This document shows positions 25,120 through 39,151 of a stretch of 64,000 nt of DNA, in pieces. The notes beneath the pieces were generated by a model. The model was not told the origin of the DNA. It saw nothing but the letters and a program-made list of their open reading frames with translations, and did not search any database. A program made the position numbers and the translations under genes. The stretch comes from Mobula hypostoma (taxonomy: Eukaryota), in the NCBI RefSeq assembly GCF_963921235.1, contig NC_086097.1, positions 204,850,001 to 204,914,000 on the forward strand. The letters run 5' to 3'. Each line of letters starts with the position of its first letter. Positions within the stretch are counted from its first letter, which is position 1.

Positions 25120-25885
25120 TCAAAGTTTTAAATTTTAGCAAACTCCTGAGGGACTTGAGCCACTGCTGTGTTTTCCTCACAATTGCACCGACATGCTTGG
25201 CCCAGGATAGGCTTTCTGAAATGGTATCTTCAAGGAATTTAAAATTGCTGACCCTCTCGATCCGTGACCTCTGATGAAGATTGTTCTATTGACCTCTGGT
25301 TTTCCTTCTCCTGAAGTCAGTTCCTTGGTCTTGCTGACGTTGAGTAAGAGGTTGTTGTTGTGGCACCACTCAGACAGATTTTCAATCCCCCTCCTATATA
25401 CCACCTTTGATTCTGCCTACAACAGTGATATCATCAGCAAACTTAACTATGACGTTGGAGCTATGCTTAGCCATACAGTCAGAAGTGAAAAATGAGTAGA
25501 GCAGAGGGCTAAGCATGCAGCCTTATGGAGCACCAGTGCTGATGGAGATTGTGGAGGAGATGTTGTTGCAAGTCTGAACTGCCTGGGACCTGCAAGTGAG
25601 GATATCGAGGATCAGATTGCTCAAAGAAGTACTGAGGCCAAGGTGCTGAAGCTTATTGATTAGTTAGGAGGGATGATAATATTGAATCTCGAGCTGTAGT
25701 TGATAAGGAGCATCCTGATGTATGGATCTTTATTGTCTAGATGTTCCAGGGTTGAGTGAAGAGACAATGGAATAGCATCTGCTGTGGACCTGTTATGCCG
25801 GTAGGCAAATTGGAGCAAGTCCAAGTCACTTCTCAGGCAGAATTGAAATGTTCTGTTACCAACCTCTCAAAACACTTCATCAAGG
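25120..25885 (-). mobile_element. Rex1/Babar RT fragment
   Basis: YRRGIENLSEWCHNNNLLLNVSKTKEL in ORF 25177-25404; decayed QFAYR/STAD motifs near 25780-25810. Confidence 0.75.
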
Positions 25886-26981
25886 TAAAGGACGTGGGGG
25901 GTAGTGTTGTTTCTCCTACAGAGCATTAAGTTGGATAAGTCCTCAGAGTCTCATAGGAGATACCCCACTCCATTGAGGAAGGCAAGAGAAGAGTTTGCTG
26001 GGGCCTTGAAGGTAAGCTAGCCAATGATATGAAAGGTGGATAAGTCACCTGGACCAGATGGACTACAATACAGGGTTTTGTAAGAGGCCTTTGACAAGGT
26101 GCCATACAGAAGCCTTTGATAAGGTGCCATACACGAGGCTGCTAATAAAATAAGATCCAATGGTATTACAGGAAGGGTACTAGTATAGATAGAAAATTTT
26201 CTGACTGGCAGGCGGCAAAGAATGAGAATAAAGGGGGCTTTTCTGGTTGGCTGTCGATGACTAGTGGTGTGCCACAGGGGTTCATGTTGGAAAGATTTCT
26301 TTTCATGCTATATGTCAATGATTTGAATGAAAAATGTGATTATTTTGTGGCCAAGTTTGCAGATGATTTGAAGAAAGCTGGAAGGGCAGGTAGTTTTGAG
26401 GAAGAAGGGTGTCTGAGAAGGACTTAGACAGATTGGAAGAATGGGAAAAGAAGTGGCAGACAGAATACAATGTAGGGAAGTGTATGGTCATGCACTTTGA
26501 CAGAAGGAATATAAGCATAGACTATTTTATAAATGGGCAGAAAATTCAAAAATCAGGGGTGCAAGGGAACTTGGGAGTCCTCATGAAGGATTCCCTAAAG
26601 GTTAACTTGCAGTTTGAGTTGGTGGTAAAGATGGCAAATGCAAAGTTAACATTCATTTTGAGAGGAGCTGAATGAAAATGCAAGGATGTAATGCTAAGGC
26701 TTTATAAGGCACTGATGAGGCCTCACTTGGAGTATTGTGAGTAGTTTTTGACCCCTCATTTAAGAAAAGATATGCTGACATTGGAGAGGGTTCAGAGGTG
26801 TAATTCCTCATTCCAGGAATTTCAGGATAACATTAGAGGATCATTTGGCTCACTGGAGTACTGAAGAATGGGGGGGGGGGGGGAATCTCATTGAAATCTA
26901 TCAAATATTGAAAGACCTAGATATAGTGAATGTGGACAGTATGGTTCCTGTTACAGGGAATTCTAGGACCAAAGAACACAA

Positions 26982-27700
26982 CACTCAGTGGTCACTTTAT
27001 TAGGTACAACTGTATGCCTGTTTGTTAATGCAAATATCTAATCAGCCATTCATGTGGCAACAACTTAATCCATAAAAGCATGCAGACATGGTGAAGAGGT
27101 TCAGTTGTTGTTCAGCCCAAACATCAGAATCGGAACATAATGTTATTTAAGTTACTTTTAAAGTGGAATGATTGATGGTGCTAGTTGCTTTGAGTATCTC
27201 AGAAACAGTTGATCTCCTGGGATTTTAATGCATAAGCATCTCCAGAGTTTACAGAGATTGGTGCAAAAAGGAAACCAAAAAAATCCAGTATGTTGTAGTA
27301 CTGTAGGTAAGAGCACCTTAGACCATAAAATTTAGGAGCAGATGTAGGCCCATTAAGTCTGCTCTGCCATTTCATCATGGCTGATCCATTTCTCTCAGGA
27401 CCCATCTCCTAACCTCTCCCTGTATTCCTTCATGTCCTGACAAATCAAGTATCTATCAATCTCTGCCTTAAATATACTCAATGACTTGGCCTCCACAGCC
27501 ACACTAGTTCAAGCAGGAAAGCGACATACTATATCTCAGATAATCACACATTACAACAGTCGGGTGCACAAGAGCATCTCTGAACACACAACACATCGCA
27601 CCTTGAAGTGGATGAGCTACAGCAGCAGAGGACCATGAACATACATTCAGCGGCCTCATTATTAGGTATAGGAGGTACCTAGTAAAGTGGCCAATAAGTA
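26982..27700. mobile_element. Non-autonomous Tc1-type MITE containing a minus-strand CR1 tail insert (~27318-27503)
   Basis: TIRs CACTCAGTGGTCACTTTATTAGGTAC / GTACCTAGTAAAGTGGCCAATAAG; an internal direct copy of the TIR at ~27642-27670. Confidence 0.7.
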
Positions 27701-27749
27701 TATTTAAAGCAGACTTTGAAAAGTTCTTAATTAGTGAGGGTATCATAGG

Positions 27750-28498
27750 TTGTCAGAAATAAGTAAATCAATTACAATATGTGTGTATATATACACAGAT
27801 ACATACATATTAAATAGTTAAAATAAAATTAAAATTAAATTAAATTAAATTAAAAGTAGTGCCAAAACAGAAATAATAAAGAAGTGAGGTATTGTTCATG
27901 AGTTCAATGTCTATTTAGGAATCGGATGGCAGAGGGAAAGAAGCTGTTCTTGAATCACTGAGTGTGTATCTCCTTCCTGACTGTAACAGTGAGAAGAGGG
28001 CATTTCCTTGGTGATGGGGGTCCTTAATAATGGATGCCACCTTTCTGAGGTACTGCTCCTTGAAGATGTCTTGCATACTATGAAGGCAAGTACCCAAGAT
28101 GGAGTTGACTAGTTTTACAACTTTCTATAGCTTCTTTCAATTCTGTGCAGTAGCACCTCCCCCGCACCCCCGTACCAGATGGTGACCCAGCATGTCCGAA
28201 TGCTCTCCCTGGTACATCTGCAGAAGTTTTCAAGCATTTGAGGTGACAAACCAAATATCTTTAAACTCTTAATGAAATACAGCACTGTCTTGCCTTCATT
28301 ATAGCTGCATCGATATGTTGGGACCAGGTTAGATCCTCAGAGAATTTGACACCTAGGAACCTGAAATTGGTCACTCTTTCCACTTCTCATTCATCTATGA
28401 GGATTGGTTCGTGTTTCCTCACCCCTTCTGAACTCAACAATCAACTCTTTGGTCATACTGACAATTGAATGCAAGGTTGTTGCTGTGACACCACTTAA
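27750..28498 (-). mobile_element. Rex1/Babar 3' fragment with an (AAATT)n tract
   Basis: LRKVASIIKDPHHQGNALFSLLQSGRRY in ORF 27915-28097. Confidence 0.75.
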
Positions 28499-29224
28499 GG
28501 GGAGAAGGCAGGAGAATGAGGGTCGAGAGTGATTATGAATCAGCCATGAAGGAATGGTGAAGCAGATTCAATGTGTAGAATGGCCCAATTTGGCTCCTAT
28601 GTCTTATGGCCTGATTTTTGAACATGGATGAACCTTGCACAGCAAGTTTTAGGGAAGCTGCAGCACCAGGACTGAATTTTCACCTGGAACCTTATGGTTA
28701 ATGTTTCCACAGTTACCAGCAAGACTGCTTTTTACATTGAAACACAGGGACAAAGGGCATCAGGCTGTGTACCTCACCACCATCAAATGCACTAAACTTG
28801 ACAGTGTCACTGTTGAAATTGACGACAGAACATGGCTGCCCAGATTGGGCCTAATGCAATTGTCAGAATAACCTCAAGAACCATTCAACTAGCAAGTTGC
28901 ATAAATGGCCCTGTACTTTAAAGTGAATACTGTGGGAATTAAAGGAGGTGATATTACAGAAGTCCAAAATGATGGGATATGACAGTGTAGAAAGAGGCTA
29001 TAATTCTGACAGAGGCCGAAAGCTATGATACATGTACATTTAATTACACCAGGCAAGGTGAAAATCTCTTGTTAGAGGATACTGTCCAGAAACTAGAAGA
29101 ATAATCTTACTTGTTACCATCAAAGATTGTTGAAAGCTATAGTTCAGGCATAAAGAGCCAGTGTCAAGACCAGACTACATATGGGTACTTTACTTCATTA
29201 AATAACTTGTTCTTACATTTCAAT

Positions 29225-29679
29225 CAATGTTCCCTCTAAGGTACACCTGGACACATCTTTTGCTGCTGGTGCACAAAGGAATTTAAACTACGCACAAAAG
29301 GTTGTCACCCTCTACCTCGTTGGCACGTTATGTAAATTTCATGATCATACACAATCACATTTCCTTCTGATGCGGACAGTGTTGACAATGTGAAGTTTGC
29401 GATGATTTGTCAGCAGATTTTAGAACTGGCTTATTTATATTGTTTTTACTGAAGAAATTATTGATTCACTATGTTAAATTCCAAAGAAGCAAAGGATTTG
29501 AAGCACAAAAGAACTGCTAGTTCATTTAAAGCAGTAAGTTTTATTATCCATAAAATAGTATTAGGTTTACCTCCACTTAAAAAATTAGTGCTCACACGTT
29601 GTTGTCACTGAACAAAAAAAAAATGGCAGTGCACAAGATTTTTGCACATACTGGTCATTACATATTAGAGGAACCATTG
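29225..29679. mobile_element. hAT-type MITE
   Basis: 15-bp TIRs CAATGTTCCCTCTAA / TTAGAGGAACCATTG; 8-bp TSD ATTTCAAT (29217-29224) / AGTTCAAT (29680-29687). Confidence 0.75.
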
Positions 29680-31289
29680 AGTTCAATTTTGAAGCCCTTT
29701 CTAAGTGGCTTATATGATAGGTTTGCTGAAGGAATGGAAGGCAAACAAATTTGGTCAAAGCTGTTGAGTTTACGAAACTTGACATTCAAATTCAAATACA
29801 AAATTGGAAAATTGATGAAAATCTTATTCAAGAATTTCTTCCACCTCAGGCAATGGTATAGCTGCAGCTTAAACAGAAAACTCAATACCCAAGGTTAGGA
29901 AATGAAAGCATACCAAGCACAATTTTATCAGTTGACATTGAAACTGATGAATTGATGTTTGTTGGCTTTGGACATCACTGGCCATTTATTGGTTTAGTAC
30001 TGCCAAATGCAATCAAGTAGAACTAGCTGAGATGAGAATCTTTTCGGGACCATTTGGGCCGAAGGGCCAGTTTTTATTTGGTATAACTTTCAGACTCTGA
30101 CAACAACCTTACAGGAAAAATACTTGTGATTCCTTCTGTGTTACCAATTTGAAACATCTTCATAAATTCATCAAGGTATTGTATATGGACATTTACTGAG
30201 GAAATAGTTTATGTACAAAGTAGAACACTTGTCTGGAAGCTAACTCTTCATTCTCCTGCTACAGACTGCATGTTGCAGTCAACATTCTGAACAGGAGTGG
30301 TCCTGGAATAGATGGTATATGGACTTTAAAGAGACTTCTATATGCATATTGTAAACAGTAAATAAGGTCTAATGGTAGTACTTAAATGTGTAGGACACAA
30401 CCAAAAATATGACTGATTGGAATGCTAACACTGATGAGAATAAAACAGCATGTTAAGGACATAATTAACAGCTAAATTGTTACAGGTGAAAGGCCTACAT
30501 TTCTTAGATTTCCTTTATCACTACAAGAATTTCCTCTGATTCAACAACAACAAAAAAACTCTGCTGGAGGAGCTCAGCAGTTTGAGCAGTGTTTGTGGGA
30601 GGAAAGGAATTGTCAGTATTTTGTGTTGAAACCGTGCATCAGGACAGGAGAGTGGTGAAGCTTACCTGCTTTGTAATAATGCTGCTGTCACGAGCATACA
30701 GTTTGAAGCAGGACAGTGAAGAGCTGACCCTGACCCTGTGTAAGTGTACTGTGATGGATATTCACTCCTTGGTTGTTTGGTAATCTAGGCTTTCTAAAAA
30801 CAGCATCCGCCAATTGAAGATCAGAAACAATTCTAAATAAACCCAAGTAATGGTTGTTTGACTTCTAGTCATAAATACAAGTCAGTCTTCAGATCTTAAA
30901 ATGTAAATGAAATGCAGTAATATGCTTGAAGTTAAAAAAAAATACTCTCTCTAGAATGACTTTAAAAATAACTGCATTTAGAACATGTTCTGCCTATGGA
31001 AACTCACCGCACCTGTTTATTGCCGTTCAGAATTACATCATAAGGGAATGGGTTGTTTAATGGCTTGTTGACAATGGTTTGTTTCAAACAGATAAGCTGT
31101 CTCTTAAGTTGCTTAAGGTTAAGGTGAACTAGAATCCATTCCTCCAGCTTTGGTTTCTGCAATGGATCACTTGTTCATCTGCAACTCAAGGGTATGTCTT
31201 TCTAGTTTATAGTAATTACAAATCCTTTGTTTAACAAATGTTTTATGCTCAAGAAATGTCTTATGCTTTATAGTTTGTGTTTAAGGAAT

Positions 31290-33182
31290 AAGACTATAGG
31301 TCAGAGAAGCAGAATTAGGCCATTCAGCCCTTCGAGTCTACTCTGCCATTCCATCATGGCTGGTCTCGGATCCCACTCAACCCCATACACCTGCCTTCTT
31401 GCCATATCCTTTGATGCCTTGACCAATCAGGAAACTATCAACTTCCACCTTAAATATACTCTCGGACTTGGCCTCCACCACTGTCTGCTGCAGATCATTC
31501 CACAAATTCACTACTCTCTGATTAAAAGAAATTCCTCCTTGCATCTGTTCTAAAAGGTTGCCCCTCAATTTTGGGACTGTGCTCTCTAGTTCTGGATATC
31601 CCCACCATAGGAAACATTCTCTCCACATCCACCTTATCTAATCCTTTTAACATTCGGTAGATTTCAATGAGATCCCCCTGCATTCTTCTAAATTCCTGTA
31701 AGTACAGGCCCAAAGCTGCCAAACGCTTCTCATATTATTAACCTCTTCATTACTGGAATCATCCTTTTGAACATCCTTTGGACTCTCTCCAATGACAACA
31801 CATCCCTTCTGAAATATGGGGCCCAAAACTGTTGACAATACCCCAAGTGCGGCCTGACTAGTATCTTATAAAAGCTCAGCATTATCTCCTTGCTTTTATA
31901 TTCTATTTTATTCCCCTTAAAATAAATGCCAACATTACATTTGCCTTCTTTAACACAGACTCAACCTGTAAATTAAACTTCTGGGTGTCTTGCACGAGGA
32001 CTCCTAAGTCCATCAGCACCTCTGATGTTTGAACCTTCTCCCCATTTAGATAACAATTCACATTATTGTTCCTTTTACCAAAATGTATTATTACACATTT
32101 CCCAACACTTGTATTCCATCTGTCACGTTTTTGCCCGTTCTTCCAATTTGTCTAAGTACTGCTGCAATCATATTGCTTCCTCTGCACTTCCTACCCCTCC
32201 ACTTGCCTTTGAATCATCCCCAAACTTTGCCACAAAGCCATCAAGTCCATTATCTAAATCATTGACAAACAATGTGTAAAGTAGCAGTCCCAATACTGAC
32301 CCCCGAGGAGCATCACTAGTCACTGGCAACCAATCAGAAAAGGCCCCCCTTATTCCCACTCGCTGCCTCCTGGCTGTCAGCCATTCCTCTAACCATGCCA
32401 GTAACTTTCCTATAACACCACATGATTTTTGTCTTGTTAAGCAGCCTCATATGTGGCACCTTATCAACAACTTCTGAAAATCCAAGTAAATGACACCCAT
32501 GGCCCCTCCTCTGTCCATCCTGCTTGTTACTTCCTCGAAGAACTGTAACAGATTTGTCAGGCAAGATTTTCCTTTACAAAAACCATGCTGATTTTGACTT
32601 ATTTTATCATTAGTCTTCAAGTACCCTGAAACCTCATCCTTAATAATAGACTCCAACTCTTTCCCAACTGGCCTACAGCTGACCTATAATTTCCTTTCTT
32701 TTCCTTTCCTCCCTTCTTAAACAGTGGAGTGACATCTGTAATCTTTCAGTCCTTCACAGCCATGGCAGAATCAAATGAATCTTGAAAGATCATGACCAAT
32801 ACATCTGCTATGTCTTCAGAAACCTTTCTCAGAACTCTGGGATGCAATCCATCTGGTCCAGGTGACTTGTCCACCTTAAGACCTTTCAGTTTGCCTAGCA
32901 TTTTTTCCTTTGTAATAGCAATGGCACTTACTCCTGCTCTCTGACACTCACAGACCTCTGGCACACTGCTAGTGTCCTCCACAAAGAAGACAGATGCAAA
33001 GTACTTATTAAGTTCATCTGCCATTTCTTTGTCCCCATTGCTATGTCACCAGCATCATTTTCCAGTGGTCCATAACAACTCTCACCTCCCTTTTACTCTT
33101 TATGTAACTGAAAAAACCTTTAGTGTCCTATTTTATATTATTGGCTAGTTTGCCCTCATATTTCATCTTTTCCTTTCTTATT
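31290..33182 (-). mobile_element. CR1 LINE, 5'-truncated, decayed
   Basis: KSPGPDGLHPRVL, QHGFCKGKSCLTNLL and PRGSVLG..KFGDD in ORFs 32746-33024, 32447-32656 and 32168-32359; 3' tail at ~31290. Confidence 0.88.
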
Positions 33183-34074
33183 ACCTAATGTTTAAGATAG
33201 AAATCCTCGATAAATTTTAAATATGCTTTTAAGAGTGCTATTTGGTTTTAAATGTGTATCACTGTAAATAAATTAACTGTGTTTAAACTACTTTGTTATT
33301 GGGACGTATCTTTTCCTTGGTAGAGAGAGGGACCCACCATTTGAATAGGGGGTATTGGCAGCTCACCTTACCATGGGGAATACATAGAGATGTTAACTAG
33401 TCTTTAAAGATTGTGTAGTTACAGTATAATCTCACTTTAGTGTGAGTCCTTGTGGTTATTTATATCCATTAGGGCTTAAGGTCTCTGTCTGAGTTTAGAA
33501 CTTTACATTCAGCAAACCCAATACCATCAGAGTCCGGTTTTTCAAATAAACTACTTTTTTATTTAATATCCAAATAATATGCCTTAATGCATTTATAAAG
33601 ACATTTCAAATTAGTGACTCAGATGGAATCTCAAGTAATTTCCTAGAGGATGGTTGTGGGACATTGGTGAATATTACATAGCAGGATTTGAGTGAGCTGT
33701 AGTAGCAAAACTGAATTTTCATGTGGAATGTCATATGGCTAACGTTTCTATGGGTACAAACAAGAGTGCAGATTAAACAATTTCCACCTTTTGCAGAACT
33801 GCAGTCTCTTGTTTGTTGCTTCAGATTCCAGCATCAGCAGTATGCAAAAAGAAATATATTTATTTTATCCATTTTGTCCTTCAATGTAACTAACAGAGCA
33901 ATGATAAGTGACGATTGGGAAAAATAATTTAAATGTGTTTGAGCTACAACCTACTTGGTGATTATCATACATCATTGGACATGATCCCTAATTATTCTGG
34001 TCTTCCAGTTCAATAGATTGATGAAACAAAAGGAATAGAAAAAATGTAATTAAACAGCTAAATGAATTTATAAA

Positions 34075-34258
34075 AATCAGATTTGTTATCTCAGACTTGT
34101 ATGATGTGAAATTTGTTATTTTGCAGCAGGAGTACAGTGCAAGGACAAACTTACTATAAATTACAACAAAGAAAAGAATAATGCCAAATAAAAAGAACAA
34201 GAATAGTGAGGCAGTATTCATGGATCATTCAGAAATCTGATGGCTGAGGAGAAGACAC
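34075..34258 (-). mobile_element. Rex1-type 3' UTR remnant
   Basis: Matches the 3' UTR pattern of other Rex1 copies in the window (GTGAGGCAGTATTCATGG..AGAAATCTGATGGC). Confidence 0.55.
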
Positions 34259-34452
34259 TTTATTGCATGGGATTGGAATTAAAATAGTGGTGCTCCAGTT
34301 GAACAGACTCTTGGATACATCTCATTTAAAGGGTGGCCAACAGTTTGAGTACATAATCTGGGAAAGGTACAAGAGCAGTGGAAGAGGTGGGGCACAGATT
34401 CACAAGAGTTACATCAACAATTGTGTTTCCTTGAGTTTAAAAGATTAAGAGT

Positions 34453-35333
34453 TGTTACATACCTCAAGGAGGTCTGTGATTTTTTTTGGGAGAATGATGT
34501 AATGGTCTTTTGGAGGTCACCTGATGTAATTTTCCCGCCGATGTGAGGTTACGTGATGACATGTGCACCACGGGTACATAAGGGAAGACCCCAGATGATG
34601 CAGTTAGTTTTTAGTTTTCAGTTTTCCGGCTAGAACATGCGTCTGTGTCTCCGTTTCTGTTGCATATTTGTTTTTATGACGCAGTTTCATTTTTAAAACG
34701 GACTGTACGTTCTGTTGCAAGGTACAATAGTGCTGGATTGGCAATTTTTGCTAGATGTGTTGATGTACCTTATTCCAGCAGTAGTACGGGAGAGTGAAGA
34801 CTTTATCGAAGTACAGGACCCGAAGGATTGAGAGGAGTCGGTTTTGTTTGGCAGTTTAACAAAGGATCGACCTTACTGAGTCTTCGTTGAAGGAGTAGTG
34901 ACCTGCATCGTAGATATCTCTTGCCAAACCAGCAAAGAGTTCATGCAAGGTTTGCTGTCTAGAATTTAAGGTCAGTTGTTTTGAACTGTTTATTTCCTGC
35001 ATCATGAATCCTTTGGACAGAACCAACAGGAAAGTCACATCTATGATGAAATCCTTCTGCAGAGAAGTCTCTCACAATTGAACGTATAAATCTGTTGGAC
35101 TTCCGAATTTACCATTTTAAGAACTATATCTGACTTTACCGCTTTAAGAACTGTTTTTGCATTTAACGCTTTAAGAACCAGTGCCGAGTGACGATTTGTT
35201 GAACGGCTGTATAGCGGTTAACTTCTGGTTAAGGTTTTTGTTTTTTTTTATTGTTTTTCTGTGTTTAATAAATGTTTGGTTGTTTTTATATAACTTGTCT
35301 CGATTGATATTCATTGTTGCCGGTTACATAACA
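34453..35333 (+). mobile_element. Solo LTR (881 bp), gypsy/ERV-like, inserted in an old CR1 remnant
   Basis: Termini TGTTA...TAACA; 4-bp TSD GAGT at 34449-34452 and 35334-35337; AATAAA at ~35267; TATA-like TACATAA at ~34575; flanks rejoin as a decayed CR1 RLRGDLI motif. Confidence 0.75.
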
Positions 35334-36639
35334 GAGTAATTTAACTGATGGTACAGAGAAATGACTTTTGTCGTTGAGAGAATCATGAAAAATGGACAGT
35401 AATACCAGTAGTCAAAGCTATGCACACAAAGGACATTGGATCAAATAACACGTTCAGGATTAAAAACAGTATATTTTTGTTAGGTAATGGTATAAAATGG
35501 AACAAAGGTAGATAAATGTATATGAGATATAGTAAATCAAATTATGAATGACAGGTTTTAGCAAACATTCTTCATTTCTGTATGTCAGAACAACGGAAAA
35601 TTGGCTAAGAGCAGTCCATCAAGCTTGTACAGTCTATGCACAATCAGCACCAACAGAGTACGTAAATTACTTGATCATTAGAAATGCAAGAAATGCTAAA
35701 GGAGAATTGTGGAACTGGAAAGTAAATTCTGGTGATAGTTAAATTATAAATTGAAATGAATTATACGGCACTTTAGAGCAATTTCATGCAGTATGACCAG
35801 CCAGATCAAATCAATTGAATGCCAATTAAATGGAAACTGTAACTGAGAAACTTAATGTACTAAAGGGATGATTTTCAATCTATAAATGCTCTATTCTCAA
35901 ACCTGATTTTCCTCAACTTATTAAAAAGTAATAATGAGAAGGAAATAAAGTTGGATATTAAACTAATTTTAAGGGCCATAAATTTCAAAATTGAACTTAT
36001 TAAATCAAAGTTGAATTGTGTTTTCATAGCAACAGTAAAGAAATCACAGCAAATATGTCAAGAGGCATTGAAATGACTCATAAAGCTGCACAATAGCTCA
36101 ATACACATGCCAACAAATTCCTCCCCTGTTGGGATCACTGAAAGCTCTATATAAAAACAGTAATACATTGTATTCCACTCTTGCATTTCTTTATTTTCAA
36201 GCTAAAGCACAACATATTATTATTAATATATAGCACCTTTAGTTTTTAGATCTTGGATAAATTTTAAAATAGATAATTTTAAACAATTCATGTTATGTCT
36301 TTTAAAACTAAGACTTATCTTCCTTAATCCACTCTGATTTAATTTAGTTTTTGCATCAACCTCTAATTTCTATTCTATAGTTTGAATTTTGTTTGACAGA
36401 ATGACTGTTTCCAGGTGCAGAAACTCAAGAGTTCATTTCTTTTTTAAAAAATGTATAGTTGAAATTCCATTTTTCATTATATCTTCTGCACTGTTGAGTG
36501 GCTAATCTCATTTCCTTCCTGTCAGGGCTAATACATTCATTAACTTTCCTCAGAATTCTTTCCTTCAGAAATACCATCGGTCATCTTTAAATTTGCTTTG
36601 AAGTATTTTCCAGTTAGTGAATTAATATGTACATAGCTG

Positions 36640-37252
36640 ACATCTAAAACTTTTGACAAACATCTATAGATGTGTACTGGAGAATATCTTGACTGGTATG
36701 GACACACCAATGACTTGGAATGGAAAATCCTGCAAAAAGTAGTGGGTTTGGTCTAGACCATCACAGGTAAAGCCCTCCAACCATTGAGAACATCTACATG
36801 AAATGCTGACATAGGAAAGCAGTGTCCATTATCAGGGATCCCCACCTTCCAGATCATGCTCTCTTCTTGCTGCTTCGTTCAGAAAGAAGGTGCAAGATCC
36901 TCAGGATATGCAGCACCAGTTTCAAGAACAGTTGCTACCCCTCACATCAGGCTCTCAAACAAAGGGGATAATTTCACTCAACTTCATTTGTCCCATCATT
37001 GAAATGTTCACACAATCAATGGACTTAGTGTCAAGGACTCTTCATCTCATGTTCTCTTTATTTATTGCATTTTAATATTTGCATTTGCATTTTTTTGTTG
37101 TCTTCTGCACTTTGATTGAATGCCCTAGTTGGGCAGTGTTTCATTGATTCTGTTATAATTACAGCTCTATAGATTTGTTGAGTCTGCACACATGAAAATG
37201 AATCTCAAGGTTTATATAGTGATTATATATGTACCTTGATAATTTACTTTGA
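36640..37252 (+). mobile_element. Rex1/Babar 3' fragment
   Basis: IIRDPHLPDHALFLLL..RR motif followed by the Rex1 tail AATCTCAAGGTT..TACTTTGA. Confidence 0.7.
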
Positions 37253-37519
37253 TCTTGTTTCTCTAGGTTTATTGTTTCAAAGATTTTAAAATCTGATCCT
37301 ACGCACACATAAATTAATTTAGACTATGTGCAATGATGCTGCACTTCTTTTTATGCCCTCCAACATTGCAAATAACTCCTTTCACATTTTGCAGATATGT
37401 ATTGTATATTCAAATCTATTTCCATTTTTCCTAACTTGTCCTTTTAATGGTGGAAGATTTTGCATTCCTCTCAGTAATTTCCCCATCTTCATCTTTGCAA
37501 AAATGAATATACTGATGTT

Positions 37520-38547
37520 TTATACTTTATACTTTATTGTCGCCAAGCAATTGATACTAGAACGTACAATCATCGCAGCAATATTTGATTCTGCACTTTC
37601 CGCTCCCTGGATTACAAATCGATAGTAAATATTAAAAATTTAATTTATAAATCATAAATAGAAAATAGAAAAAATGGAAAGTAAGGTAGTGCAAAAAAAA
37701 AACCGAGAGGCAGGTCCGGATATTTGGAGGGTACAGCCCAGATCCGGGTGAGGATCCGTTCAGCAGTCTTATCACAGTTGGAAAGAAGCTGTTCCCAAAT
37801 CTGGCTGTACGAGTCTTAAGTTCCTGAGCCTTCTCCCGGAGGGAAGAGGGACGAAAAGTGCGTTGGCTGAGTGGGTCGTGTCCCTGATTATCCTGGCAGC
37901 ACTGCTCCGACAGTGCGCAGTGTAAAGTGAGTCCAAGGACGGAAGATTGATTTGTGTGATGTGCTGCGCTGTGTTCACGATCTTCTGCAGCTTCTTCCGG
38001 TCTTGGACAGGACAACTTCCATACCAGGTTGTGATGCACCCTAGAAGAATGCTTTCTACGGTGCATCTATAAAAATTAGTGAGGATTTTAGGCGACAGGC
38101 CAAATTTCTTTAGTTTTCTCAGGAAGTAAAGGCACTGGTGGGCCTTCTTGGCAGTGGACTCTACTTGGTTGGACCAAGTCAGGTCATTTGTGATATTGAC
38201 CCCGACGAACTTAAAGCTTTTGGCCTGTTCCACTTGCGCACCACTGATGTAAATTGGGTGGTGCGGTCTGCTACTCCTTCTGAAGTCAACAACCAATTCC
38301 TTCGTCTTGCTGACGTTGAGGCATAAGTTATTGTCTTCGCACCATGCCACCAGGTTCTTAATCTCCTCTCTGTACTCAAACTCATCATTACCCGAGATAC
38401 GGCCTACAATTGTTGTGTCATCAGCAAACTTATATATTGAGTTCGATGAAAACTTGGCTACACAATCATGGATCCACAGTGAGTACAGCAGGGGGCTGAG
38501 TACACAGCCTTGTGGGGCAATGGTGCTCAGAGTGATTGTAGAGGAGA
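37520..38547 (-). mobile_element. Rex1/Babar LINE 3' part, relatively young
   Basis: ORF 37772-38350 has WCEDNNLCLNVSKTKELVVDFRR..KKAHQCLYFLRKL..PSGRR; KFADD at ~38420; tail AATAAAGTATAAAGTAT. Confidence 0.88.
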
Positions 38548-39151
38548 TTGTAGACTTCTTCTGCAGCTACAAGTCATTAATATACATTAGCTGATATTCT
38601 CAGGGGAGTACTCATAAATGTATTTCAGATGTCCTCAGAAAAGGTATGCTGTCCATGTTATTTCTGTATAAATTAAACAAAAAAAGCAATATTTTCAATC
38701 CTAGGTTCATTTAACATTATTTAATAATGAATAATATTAAGTTGTAAAAAAATCAAAATAACAATTTAAGATCTATGATTCTAATCTTTCATCAATATAA
38801 TGAAAGGTTATTGATATAATAAATAAAAGTGTTAACAAAGGAGATAGTACAGTTCAGGTACTTGTTTGCGTTAGTGCTAGTGTCATGACATGGGGGCAAG
38901 GTTGGAAGGGAAGTCATAAAAATTGCTGGAAAGCTGAATTATAGTTTTAGAACTGTAATGTCATTAATAAGAAACTTGTAAGTTAGTTATCAACTTGAAA
39001 GGCTAATACTGTACTAGTTGCAGTCTTGAGAAAGAGACAGTGTTTGGAAAATATTGTCACAGGCAAAAGCAGTGGCTGTGAGCTCTTAAACTTAGTCTAT
39101 ATCCTTTCATGATTAGTGTAATGTAATATACAAAATATTTTATTTTATTGA

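Larger units (their letters stand above)
24330..28610 (+). mobile_element. Fragmented CR1 (ORF1 esterase end, ORF2 pieces, tail) with nested inserts; may be more than one copy
   Basis: DGPHLN-type ORF1 end at ~24520; LKVLYLNA, YDIIGITE and a decayed GDFN at 24710-25115; RT pieces 26040-26980; tail at 28500-28610. Confidence 0.65.
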
